64,000 nucleotides of DNA. Origin: Amoebidium appalachense (lineage: Eukaryota; Protista; Ichthyosporea). Below the pieces are notes generated by a model. That model had not been told where the DNA came from. It ran no database searches and was given only the letters and a program-made list of their open reading frames with translations. Within the stretch, counting starts at the first letter, position 1; each line of letters begins with the position of its first letter. The translations under genes and the position numbers were made by a program. Positions 53,893-64,000 of the stretch are shown in pieces. The DNA lies in NCBI GenBank assembly GCA_963693365.1, contig CAVNZM010000004.1, positions 4,082,947-4,146,946 on the forward strand, in the 5' to 3' direction.

Positions 53893-54321
53893 ATGGCTGA
53901 GTTAAGACCATTTGTTCATGTAGCACGGCGCAATGGAAGTGTAGAGAAAGTGGTGCGTGACATGCTTGCTGATAAGCTTGATGGTACTGTTGAAGTTAAT
54001 ACAATACACGGGCGAATTGATATACTTACAGCTACCGAGCTGATTGAAGTTAAGTCATGGAACCTATACAAGACAGCAATGGGCCAGATAGTGTTCTACC
54101 GTCTGAGCTATCCCATGCACCAGACACGTGTGCACTTTTATGGTAACGAGTTTCCAAAAGCAGCAAAGATTAAGAGCATTGTGGATGGCTTCATTCTGCA
54201 TGGCATCCACGTGAGTGCCCAGTGTGGGATGGAAGTCATCTGGCTCACACAGATCAACAGCGACGGCCAATTGGAACTCAACAGAGAAGGCTTCACGGCA
54301 CTGGTCATGCCTAGGTTCTAA
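53893..54321 (+). CDS. Stand-alone PD-(D/E)xK (restriction-fold) nuclease, giant virus/cyanobacterial type
   Basis: 142-aa intronless ORF with EVNTIHGRIDILTATELIEVKSWNLYKTAMGQIVFYRLSYP..RVHFYG, i.e. E..D..EVK..GQ..Y motifs. AATAAA lies immediately after the stop. Confidence 0.8.
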   Translation: MAELRPFVHVARRNGSVEKVVRDMLADKLDGTVEVNTIHGRIDILTATELIEVKSWNLYKTAMGQIVFYRLSYPMHQTRVHFYGNEFPKAAKIKSIVDGFILHGIHVSAQCGMEVIWLTQINSDGQLELNREGFTALVMPRF

Positions 54322-54563
54322 TGCCAATAAAACCATCTTCTAGCATGCACGTGTTGGAATGCCACCACTGGGGGGCCTGGTTCCGGGAGGCAGGGGGGCT
54401 GGGGGGGGCACCCAGTGTGTGGGTGTGCATATGGGCAGGGGAGCAGGGGGGCAGGGGGGCGGGGGGGCAGGGGAGCAGGGGGGCAGGGGGGCAGGGGAGA
54501 CTGGCATGCCACTCACGGGGAGGATAGTGTATGTTGGCACGTGTGGGTGTGTGGGTGGTTTTT

Positions 54564-55046
54564 TTATTTGGGCTTGTGCTTATGGCAATGGGTCGTAGAT
54601 TTCACCCTGTTTTTGCAGGGATTGCCAGCCTTGGTTTTGCCCTGGCAGTACCCATTTTCCCTGCCCACACCCACCGCTGCAGCTGCAACCGGTGGCTGTG
54701 GTGCACCCATGGGTGGATCCGGAGTGGACACAGTCAGCGCGGGTACCCCGGTGCGCTCGGTGCGAGGGCGCTGCATTTCTGCGACTGTAAAGGCGGCCAG
54801 GAGGTCGTCCAGCAGGAGGTTTGCATGAGCATAGTCCCCGGCCTTGTGGGGGTGGAGGATGTTGATGGTGTTGTCGCTGTAGAGGAGGACACCGGTGGCA
54901 GGGGCAAAGCATACCCAGGGCTTGAAGCCGTCCTTGTGGTGTGGGCATGTTTTCTTTTTGTTTTTGCACTGGGCTTTTTTTGAGGGTGCAAATGCAGGGC
55001 ATCGTTCGGGGTCAACCGAATCGGGGCGCAAAAGTGCGTCTCCCAT
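54564..55046 (-). CDS. Small protein with two Cys3His zinc-finger-like motifs (DUF5763-like)
   Basis: RCPAFAPSKKAQCKNKKKTCPHH and YCQGKTKAGNPCKNRVKSTTHCHKH. Intronless; AATAAA overlaps the stop; alternative start at 55142. Confidence 0.75.
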   Translation of the reverse strand: MGDALLRPDSVDPERCPAFAPSKKAQCKNKKKTCPHHKDGFKPWVCFAPATGVLLYSDNTINILHPHKAGDYAHANLLLDDLLAAFTVAEMQRPRTERTGVPALTVSTPDPPMGAPQPPVAAAAVGVGRENGYCQGKTKAGNPCKNRVKSTTHCHKHKPK

Positions 55047-55350
55047 TTCTAGTGTTTTGTTTTGGTGTGCACTGTTCTTGGATTGGGGTGAAGCGAGACA
55101 AAAAGTAAAAGCGAGTACTTTTTGTTGACTGGTTGATGGCATATCAATCAATCTCTTGGTGCCAAACCACTGACCAATCACATGGGTGTATTCACGAATT
55201 CCAATCTAAATTCGGCATCTGGAGAGAGGGGTACTGGTAAAACACAAGAGCAACACGGCATCAAGAGTTTGTACCACAGGCAAGATCTCAGAGAGGTCAC
55301 TTTTGGGGTGTAACACGTCGGATACTGAAAGTTTTGTGAGGTACACGTAC

Positions 55351-55623
55351 ATGTTCGACAGCACGGTCACCACAGGCATTCTTTATGTGATATCTATATG
55401 CAGTGTCGTTGCAAATATACACTGGTACAATTTAATGAAGTCCGAACCGAATGCTAGAGAGAAAGTGAACAAAATGTATCTGGTGTACGTCAGCGCTGCT
55501 ATTGTCCTCACATGTTTATTGGTTACACCATTGATGTATGCAGTCATATACTATTTCAATAAGAAGACGGGTGCTGCGGAGTACGACACCGCTCTGAGAC
55601 AAACAAGTCACTCGGACTTTTAA
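55351..55623 (+). CDS. Hypothetical 90-aa membrane protein with two hydrophobic segments
   Basis: GILYVISICSVVANIHWY and MYLVYVSAAIVLTCLLVTPLMYAVIYYF. Intronless and divergently transcribed from the zinc-finger ORF. Confidence 0.55.
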   Translation: MFDSTVTTGILYVISICSVVANIHWYNLMKSEPNAREKVNKMYLVYVSAAIVLTCLLVTPLMYAVIYYFNKKTGAAEYDTALRQTSHSDF

Positions 55624-55647
55624 TCCGATTGACGTGTCACCGCGCCA

Positions 55648-56041
55648 GCGCTGCATACAAAAAGACCCGAAGTGGAGTATACGACAAACCCAGCGCCAGC
55701 GCTTCATACCCAAAGTGGATACAATAAAAAGACAGTTGCTGTGTGTGCAAAGCTGTGTGTGCAAAAAGAGGGGAAATAAGCGCTGCATACAAAAGCCCCG
55801 AAGTGGAGTATACGACAAACCCAGCGCCAGCGCTTCATACCCAAAGTGGATACAATAAAAAGACAGTTGCTGTGTGTGCAAAGCTGTGTGTGCAAAAAGA
55901 GGGGAAATAAGCGCTGCATACAAAAGCCCCGAAGTGGAGTATACGACAAACCCAGCGCCAGCGCTTCATACCCAAAGTGGATACAATAAAAAGACAGTTG
56001 CTGTGTGTGCAAAGCTGTGTGTGCAAAAAGAGGGGAAATAA
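55648..56041. repeat. Minisatellite, 131-bp unit x3, near-identical
   Basis: GCGCTGCATACAAAA..CCCGAAGTGGAGTATACGACAAACCC..GAGGGGAAATAA starts at 55648, 55780 and 55911. Confidence 0.92.
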
Positions 56042-56043
56042 AT

Positions 56044-56139
56044 ACTTTAAACGTGCATGCAATATACATCGATAGACTTATGAAAGCACACAAACTGTGT
56101 GCCACACGGGCATGCATGCATGGGGAGGGAGTGTGGGGT

Positions 56140-56173
<34 letters not shown>

Positions 56174-56312
56174 GACTTTGAACGTGCATGCAATAGACTT
56201 ATGAAAGCACACAAACTGTGTGCCACACGGGCATGCATGCATCGATAGACTTATGAAAGCACACAAACTGTGTGCCACACGGGCATGCATGCATGGGGAG
56301 GGAGTGTGGGGT

Positions 56313-56349
<37 letters not shown>

Positions 56350-56511
56350 GGGGGGGGTGGGGGGGGGGGGGAGACTTTGAACGTGCATGCAATAGACTTA
56401 TGAAAGCACACAAGCTGTGTGCCACACGGGCATGCATGCATCGATAGACTTATGAAAGCACACAAACTGTGTGCCACACGGGCATGCATGCATGGGGAGG
56501 GAGTGTGGGGT

Positions 56512-56544
<33 letters not shown>

Positions 56545-56839
56545 GACTTTGAACGTGCATGCAATAGACTTATGAAAGCACACAAACTGTGTGCCACACG
56601 GGCATGCATGCATGGGGAGGGAGTGTGGGGAGGGGGAGGGGGGGGGGGGGGGAGACTTTGAACGTGCATGCAATAGACTTATGAAAGCACACAAACTGTG
56701 TGCCACACGGGCATGCATGCACGGGGTTTAGGGTTTAGGGTAAGGTGGGGGGGGGGGGGAGACTTTGAACGTGCATGCATCGATAGACTTATGAAAGCAC
56801 ACAAACTGTGTGCCACACGGGCATGCATGCATGGGGAGG

Positions 56840-56872
<33 letters not shown>

Positions 56873-56898
56873 GGGGGGAGACTTTGAACGTGCATGCA
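56044..56898. repeat. Modular satellite with variable G-runs
   Basis: About nine copies of ATAGACTTATGAAAGCACACAAACTGTGTGCCACACGGGCATGCATGCA, alternating with GGGGAGGGAGTGTGGG(G)nAGACTTTGAACGTGCATGCA modules. Confidence 0.92.
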
Positions 56899-57242
56899 AG
56901 TGTGTACCAAAAGGGACCTGGACTTCTTTGTATACAATCGATATTTAATCGGTTGAAAACAGCAAAACAAGACTTGTACATATATAATAACCACAAGATA
57001 CTAAACCATCCAGAAGACTTGTACATATATAATAACCACAAGATACTAAACCATCCAGAACCAGAAAAAAAAGATGCCTACATGCTATGATCCATAAGAT
57101 GCTCGTTAACATAAATACAGAAACCGTAAGGTGCTACCAGTATCAACAGTCATATATTAAAATACATCAGCCAGCCCCTGTGGCCATACCCAGCCCCTGA
57201 CACATACAACAAAATCAAAACACACCCCTCACCACTCCCAAC

Positions 57243-58466
57243 CTAATCTTCATCGTCTTCATCACTGTCCCCGTGAATAACCTGTATATCTGAAACTTGC
57301 TTTGCTCGTGTCCTGCCACTGCGGGCAGGGGCTGGTTTCTGACTCTGTTTTGGTTTCTTTGCTCGACCACTTTCTTTCCCTTTCTTCCCCTCGACCTTCT
57401 CGCCCAAAGCCATCATGTCCTCCAATTCCTCATCTAATGCCGTCTCAAATGACGTCTCTTCCTGGCGGTGCCGTTTGTACACACCAAAAGAAATATCTGA
57501 CACCCCTCTCTTTGAACCCTGGGAATATGCAGAGGGGTTCGACATCATGGAGGCACCAAAAGTGTGGGATTGGGTGCTGGTAACGGTGGTGAGGGACGGA
57601 TTGAAGGGGGGTACGGGCATGACAGGTGGGGGGAGGGGGAGAATGGGCAGGGGGAGGTTGAGGGGGGTTTTGGGCTGAGTGGTACCGGGCGGGGGGAGGG
57701 TGGGGATGGGATTTTGATTGGTCGTACCAGGGGGGGGGAGGGGGGGGGCGAGACCGTGTTGGACGGTAATGTCGGGGAGGGGCTGGGGGTCATTCCAATC
57801 ACGAAGTTTCTGTGTGCTCTCGTCGATTGTTCTACGGTATGATTCCCTCATGGTCGCAATGTGTGACTGAAGCTTGGTAATCTCGGCCCGGTATCTTTCC
57901 CCTTCAGTCTGATGCTCCAGGATATCGGCCACCTTTCCAACAAGCTGCCCTTCGAGGTCCCGATTCTTTGCCGATAACACCTGTTCCTTTGCATCTGCAA
58001 GGTGTTTTTGTTTGGCCGCCGCCGATTTTAGCTCGGCAATTTCCCCCTTAAGGATTTGGATGTCGTGATCCTTCGTTTGTAATTCTTTCTCTGCGGCTTC
58101 CAGCTTCTCCTGCAATTCGGTGGTTGGGGTGGTGACAGCGGGTGCAGTGGCCGCAGTACCGACCTTTGCCAATGCAGAGGCAATGGCACTGTCTACTTTC
58201 GACTGCAACACAGTCTCCAAGTACTCTTCGAACATTTTTGGATCGACGGGAGCAGTGTCGCCGGAGTGTGGGGGGGGGTTGGATGGGGGGGGGGACGTCG
58301 CCGCCGGAGCCTGAGTGTGGGGGGGGTTGGTTGGGGAGGGGACTTCGCCGCCGGAGTGTGGGGGGGGGTTGGATGGGGGGGGGGCTTGCGTTGTGACGGG
58401 GTCGGCGGACTTGCTGATGTTGGTTTCGTATGACCCCGACCCGGGAGCTTGCTGGGAATAATCCAT
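57243..58466 (-). CDS. Hypothetical 407-aa Pro-rich / coiled-coil protein with basic-acidic C-terminus
   Basis: Long intronless ORF (ATG 58466) with a duplicated PPPSNPPPHSG motif, a ~110-aa heptad region (ELQEKLEAAEKELQTKDHDIQILKGEIAELKS..), and NLS-like YKRHR and KKGKESGRAKKPK. Confidence 0.75.
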   Translation of the reverse strand: MDYSQQAPGSGSYETNISKSADPVTTQAPPPSNPPPHSGGEVPSPTNPPHTQAPAATSPPPSNPPPHSGDTAPVDPKMFEEYLETVLQSKVDSAIASALAKVGTAATAPAVTTPTTELQEKLEAAEKELQTKDHDIQILKGEIAELKSAAAKQKHLADAKEQVLSAKNRDLEGQLVGKVADILEHQTEGERYRAEITKLQSHIATMRESYRRTIDESTQKLRDWNDPQPLPDITVQHGLAPPLPPPGTTNQNPIPTLPPPGTTQPKTPLNLPLPILPLPPPVMPVPPFNPSLTTVTSTQSHTFGASMMSNPSAYSQGSKRGVSDISFGVYKRHRQEETSFETALDEELEDMMALGEKVEGKKGKESGRAKKPKQSQKPAPARSGRTRAKQVSDIQVIHGDSDEDDED

Positions 58467-58499
58467 CGTGACAGTTTTCACAAAAAAAAGGATAAACAA

Positions 58500-58800
58500 A
58501 GGGAAAAAAAGAAAGGAAGTCTTACGTTTCTCTGCGCAAACACAGTCGTGTGCAAACCCAGTCGTGAACAAGGGAAAAAGGAAAAAAAAAACAAGGGAAA
58601 AAGGAAAAAAAAAAAGAAAGTGCTACGAATACGATTCTCTGTTGTGAACAAAGGAAAAAGTAAAAAAAAGAGTGTTACGTTTCTCTGCGCAAACACAGTC
58701 CTGTGCAAACCCAGTCGTGAACAAGAGAAAAAGAAAAAAAAAAGAGAGTGTTACGTTTCTCTAGGCAAACACCGTCGTGTGTAAACACAGCCATGAACAA
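58500..58800. repeat. Three diverged repeats separated by A-tracts
   Basis: TTACGTTTCTCT..GCAAACAC.GTC.TGTG.AAAC.CAG.C.TGAACAA at ~58522, 58675 and 58751. Confidence 0.8.
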
Positions 58801-59099
58801 AAGAATCAGAAAAGTAGAAAATGACAGCGCTGTGAACTGATATAAAAAAACCGTCATCAATAATTTATGTGAAGCCATTGCGCAAAATACGATCTTATGT
58901 TACGAGAATCAAGCATAAGAAAAACAGAACCTTTTGGCGCTGTTAGCGAATATATCTCTAATCGTGTTTGGTTCACAGGTAAACTGTATAAAAAAGGTGA
59001 ATATACGAAATAAAAATATAATATACAGGACAAAACGAGCGCTAGTTTAAAACATCGAAGGATATACGCTTTCACAACATCTTATTCGCGGACCTTTTT

Positions 59100-59830
59100 A
59101 CGTGCAAGCGTTTGATTGGTGCATAGGGGTTGGTTCTTGCCCCACGTGATTCGCGGCGCTGATGCTCAGGGTATTCTGATTGACCGAAATCGAAGCATCG
59201 GATTCAAATTGGGCAAATACAAAACGCTTTCCAACCAAAATCCCAAGCGCATGGTTGTTTATTTATAGAACCTTATATGTCATAAAACATACAACCCTCT
59301 TTTAGGATTTCCCTTATTCCTTGCTCAGTCAAAACGCTCCAGGGTCGGTGCTGCTATCAGTCACTAAGTAATTTCATTGGCCAGTCATCACGTAAATGCG
59401 CCAGCCAACAAAACCAATCGGTGATTGGTGAATAATGGTTGGGTCAACGTGATCGGGCACTGGTACTCTAGGCAAGCGCTTATCGGCATTGGTACAATCT
59501 AGTTGGTCAATACACCGTGACTCAAGGCTGCAACGCTTTTCGAAGACCAGATTCACAGGACCCTTTCCAAACAAAATTCCAAGCAAATGTCTGTGTCCGC
59601 GTAAAGTATAAATAAACATAAATAAATTATGCTTTTTTAATATTTATTGCCTATTAGAATAAATCACAATTGTTACTCGTAAAAGGGTCTTGGTTGGGCA
59701 GGCTGGCCTTGCTACCCAAACTATTATTAGCCGATCTCACTGATTAGCTTATTATCACGTACGCGCCAATCAGTGATTCCATTGGCCAAACTGAACAAAA
59801 CATTAATTGGCCAGTCATCAAAAACGTGAT
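59100..59830. promoter_or_regulatory. Putative divergent promoter with a dense CCAAT-box cluster
   Basis: At least eight CCAAT/ATTGG motifs, including inverted ACCAATC-GGT-GATTGGT (59413-59429) and a 15-bp direct repeat ATTGGCCAGTCATCA (59376-59390, 59806-59820). It lies between two divergent genes. Confidence 0.5.
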
Positions 59831-59940
59831 TTTCTTGCTTGCTTCAAGCTTTGCGAAATGAGAATATATGTTCAACACTCTCTTTGCGCTCTATATACAA
59901 CGGAGAAATTACAAGAGTCCATCTTGATTCCCGAACGAAC

Positions 59941-60208
59941 AAATATAACCAAGCGCACCACACCAGTTCGTGTTACTTTCGCCCGGCGCTGCTGTTGTAC
60001 ATGTTTCAAACATAACCAAGCGCGCCACACCAATTCGTGTCACTTTCGCCCAACGCTGCTGTTGTGCATGTTTCAAACGTAATCAGGCGCACCACATCAG
60101 TTCGTGTCACTTTCGCCCAGCGCTGCTGTTGTGCATGTTTCAAACATAATCAAGCGCACCACACCAGTTCGTGTCACTTTCGCCCGGCGCTGCTGTTGTA
60201 CATGTTTC
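59941..60208. repeat. Minisatellite, 67-bp unit x4
   Basis: AAA.ATAACCAAGCGCACCACACCAGTTCGTGTCACTTTCGCCCGGCGCTGCTGTTGTACATGTTTC with 67-bp periodicity. Confidence 0.9.
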
Positions 60209-60508
60209 CATTGTAATTACAAATAGGCTAGATTGCCAAAAACAGAACGAAAACAACAAAGAAACTTGTTATAATAACCTGTGCACACCGCGCTATCAGT
60301 TGTCCCCTTTTTTAGCCAATACAGATACATAGAATTTCCTTCATGTTTCCCTGTGCGAGGCACATTTTAGGCTTATGCACACAATCGTAGATTGTTTGGG
60401 ATACGAAAACAGAGCACACACACAAACGAGTTCTGCTAAACACAAACATTGTTAGACTGGACACAAAAAACATAGCGCGCGCATGCACGAGCTTTCCTAG
60501 GAACGATT

Positions 60509-60645
<137 letters not shown>

Positions 60646-60760
60646 AAGCACGAGCGCTACAACACGGTGGCACAAGCACACAGACAGAGCGCTCTCACAG
60701 ACAGTCTTACAGGCAGAGGGTGCTCACAATTACACACATCACAAAAACACACACAGCAAC

Positions 60761-63700
60761 ATGGCTGTTAACGGCAATATTCTGGCGCTCATCACTCGTG
60801 CATTCCCGAGCAGCATACCACTCGACCCACCCACATTTAGGCTTTCGAACGACGTTGATCCGTCAGTTATATTTACCGGTAAAAGGCTACTCACACGTCA
60901 GAGTATTTATCGTCATCCTCAAAAAAAAAAAACTCGCACCGATCATATATTTGGTGATGCCAACGGGTTCAGAACATGTTTATGTTTTTTTGATTGAACT
61001 GGACGACGGACGTCCTAGTTGCAGGAAGAACTACAACCTACACGAATTCGAAAACGACATGGGCATCCCGGAAGTTGTAGCCTGGATTCTCAGATTTGGT
61101 GGTCCTCGATGGAAGATTTATGATCTTCACAGTTATCATCCGTTTTCGAGTGAGGGTTGGGCGGTGAAGCTCGGTCGCATTTCTCTGTATCCTGGCAGTA
61201 AGGACTACAGTCGCATACCTGCCGTGGTGGGTACTTTGCCGGGGGAGTTCCAGATTTGTCGCATCTTCAAAAAGCACGGATGGAAAGTGTGGTGGGATGG
61301 GGCTGCACGTAGCCCCCCAGGCAGCCCCGCTTTCAAGCTACCTGCACCGACGAGTGACCGACCGAGAAAGCGGGCAAGAGTGGAGGGGGGGGGAGAGGGA
61401 GGGGGTGGGGAGGGGGGAGAGGGGGGAGGGAGAGGGGGAGGGAGAGGGAGAGGGTGGGGGTGGGGAGGGGGGGGAGGGGGAGGGGGAGGGAGAGGGAGAG
61501 GGTGGGCGTGGGGAGGGGGGAGAGGGGGAGGGGGAGGGGAGAGGGAGAGGGTGGGGGTGGGGAGGGGGGAGAGGGGGAGGGGGGAGGGAGAGGGAGAGGG
61601 TGGGGATGGGGGAGGAGAGGGAGGGGCAGAGGGGGCAGAGGGCTACCGCCACACCCGCAACACATCTCCTTGGGATTTCAGGCCGGGTAACCCCCCCCCC
61701 CCAACACACAAGCCATTACACGTCTGCACGCATGCATGCACCTGGGCTATCCCCCCTCTCCCCGCACACACACGGAAGGGATCACACGTCTGCACGCACG
61801 CATGCACCTGGGCTATCCCCCCCCGCTCCCCCCCCCCCCCCCCCCCCCCCCCCCAACACACAAGCCATTACACGTCTGCACGCATGCATGCACCTGGGCT
61901 ATCCCCCCTCTCCCCGCACACACACGGAAGGGATCACACGTCTGCACGCATGCATGCACCTGGGCTATCCCCCCTCTCCCCGCACACACACGGAAGGGAT
62001 CACACGTCTGCACGCATGCATGCACCTGGGCTATCCCCCCTCTCCCCGCACACACACGGAAGGGATCACACGTCTGCACGCATGCATGCACCTGGGCTAT
62101 CCCCCCTCTCCCCGCACACACACGGAAGGGATCACACGTCTGCACGCATGCATGCACCTGGGCTATCCCCCCTCTCCCCGCACACACACGGAAGGGATCA
62201 TATGTCTGCACGCACGCATGCACCTGCCAGGCTATCCCCCCCCCCCCCCCCCCCCCAACACACAAGCCATTACACGTCTGCACGCATGCATGCACCTGGG
62301 CACCTCGACTAGTCCCCGCCACACACACCCAACCACCACCACCACCACACACATACACAGAGAGAGAGAGAGAGCACACACCTGCACACGTGCATCCACC
62401 TTGGCTAATCCTACCCCCCACCCCGACACACACGCACACGCACACCCGGCACAAACATGCACACACACCCGGCACACACGTGCACACACGCATGGCACAC
62501 ACACACACACACACACAGAGCAAGAAGCGGAGGAGGCGGATAGGGGGCAACAGCAGGGGGCGGAGACAGGGGAGTCGGTGGGGTTCACCGAGGTACCCGT
62601 GAAACATCTCAGCCAACTGCAGTTAGAAAAGCTCTCATTTGAGACGATAGTTAGGGTAATGGAAAAACGACACGAGGTTCGGGCAGCTGGTGCCGTCAAG
62701 TTCATGCTTCCCGAACCGGTAGTGCAGGGGCTGAAAGAGGCTGCTTGGGCCACACCAGTGAGAAAATCCTACACCAAGATCTGTCTGGAGGCTACCGCCA
62801 TCAAGGATGTCTTCCTCGTTTATAGGGACGACATCAAAGAGCAAATTCCAGAGGTGCGTATTTGCAACCATTAGGGTATGGTTACCGTGAACAGGAGCTA
62901 ACACGATTGAGCAGGGGGACCCGTTGGATGAGGAGGAGTTCTGGGGGCAATTGGACTGCTTACCGGAAACTTACAGTAAAATGTTCTTTTACGGAACGGA
63001 TCTGACACCTCTTAAAAACACCCATACACCCAGTGAGGTACGTGTGTGTCATGTGTGTGTATGTGCGTGTGTTTGTGCAGAGGGTGCATGTTGTGTAGGC
63101 ATGGGTGTATTCGTGTGTGTGCAGCTGAGGGTGCATGTTGTGTAGGCATGGGTGTATTCGTGTGTGTGCAGCTGAGGGTGCATGTTGTGTAGGCATGGGT
63201 GTATTCGTGTGTGTGCAGCTGAGGGTGCATGTTGTGTAGGCATGGGTGTATTCGTGTGTGTGCAGCAGAGGGTGCATGTTGTGAAGGCATGGGTGTATTC
63301 GTGTGTGTGCAGCAGAGGGTGCATGTTGTGAAGGCATGGGTGTATTCGTGTGTGTGCAGCAGAGGGTGCATGTTGTGTAGGCATGGGTGTATTCGTGTGT
63401 GTGCAGCTGAGGGTGCATGTTGTGTAGGCATGGGTGTATTCGTGTGTGTGCAGCAGAGGGTGCATGTTGTGTAGGCATGGGTGTATTCGTGTGTGTGCAG
63501 CAGAGGGTGCATGTTGTGAAGGCATGGGTGTATTCGTGTGTGTGCAGCAGAGGGTGCATGTTGTGAAGGCATGGGTGTATTCGTGTGTGTGCAGCAGAGG
63601 GTGCATGTTGTGTAGGCATGGGTGTATTCGTGTGTGTGCAGCAGAGGGTGCATGTTGTGTAGGCATGGGTGTATTCGTGTGTGTGCAGCAGAGGGTGCAT

Positions 63701-64000
63701 GTTGTGAAGGCATGGGTGTATTCGTGTGTGTGCAGCAGAGGGTGCATGTTGTGTAGGCATGGGTGTATTCGTGTGTGTGCAGCAGAGGGTGCATGTTGTG
63801 TAGGCATGGGTGTATTCGTGTGTGTGTAAACATCTGTACACGCCGTACATGTTTACTATTACGAATATACTGTACATATCATAGTGATCACGTAGATATT
63901 GTGTACATATGATCAGATCAATATCACACGCGACAGCCGCGGGCTGCGGCTCACGACTGAGCCGCGGCGCCGGCAATATGCAGTGGCCGTGCAGTCAGTA
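60761..64000 (+). CDS. Divergent JmjN/JmjC (KDM4-like) histone demethylase family gene, 5' part
   Basis: Exons 60761-61686 (one-base shift at the A12 run 60921-60932), 62519-62853, 62915-63037 and probably 63917-end, all phase-consistent. VPVKHLSQLQLEKLSFETIVRVMEKRHEVRAAGAVKFMLPE resembles JmjN; DVFLVY..DEEEFWGQL..FFYGTDL resembles the KDM4 GLFTQY..LERKYWKNL..IYGADI segment. The catalytic HxE..H residues are not in the window. Confidence 0.6.
61700..62300. repeat. Intronic minisatellite, 66-bp unit, about 8 copies
   Basis: CACACGTCTGCACGCATGCATGCACCTGGGCTATCCCCCCTCTCCCCGCACACACACGGAAGGGAT in tandem. Confidence 0.92.
63076..63827. repeat. Intronic minisatellite, 47-bp unit, about 16 copies
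   Basis: GCAGC[AT]GAGGGTGCATGTTGTG[AT]AGGCATGGGTGTATTCGTGTGTGT in tandem. Confidence 0.95.

Noticed and set aside
56723-56745. GGGTTTAGGGTTTAGGG telomere-like repeat
   Set aside because: Only about two units, replacing a G-run within a satellite; insufficient for a telomere-addition claim.
61245-61275. EFQICRIFKK resembling the end of a plant NAC domain
   Set aside because: The match is too short and other NAC subdomain motifs are not recognisable.
62960-63976. Long ORFs (338, 273 and 252 aa) on the minus strand
   Set aside because: All are readings of the 47-bp intronic minisatellite.

Overview
This is eukaryotic nuclear DNA with spliceosomal introns packed with G/C homopolymers and (CA)n/(GT)n microsatellites. 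Most ORFs in the supplied track are repeat artefacts. The gene content suggests a unicellular holozoan or other protist (inference only). Bases 1-47.5 kb hold ordinary host genes, which I spliced by hand: the 3' part of a carboxypeptidase D-like gene whose last CP domain looks catalytically dead; a 9-exon secreted TIMP/NTR-like protein with 3 Cys-rich repeats; a Mlx/Mondo/Max-type bHLH-ZIP factor with a GC-AG intron; three identical tRNA-His(GUG); CCDC174; a class IV sirtuin; and a DNAJC14/Jiv-like J-protein. From about 52.5 kb the architecture changes to an accessory island that runs off the window end. It contains structured inverted repeats, compact intronless ORFs (a PD-(D/E)xK nuclease of a type common in giant viruses and cyanobacteria bracketed by direct repeats, a double Cys3His zinc-finger protein, a 2-TM protein, a coiled-coil protein), several minisatellites, and a divergent JmjN/KDM4-like histone demethylase gene. 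This island is the best candidate for a novel system: a large mobile or viral-derived element carrying a chromatin-modifying cargo gene. All protein assignments are by-eye motif recognition, not database searches.
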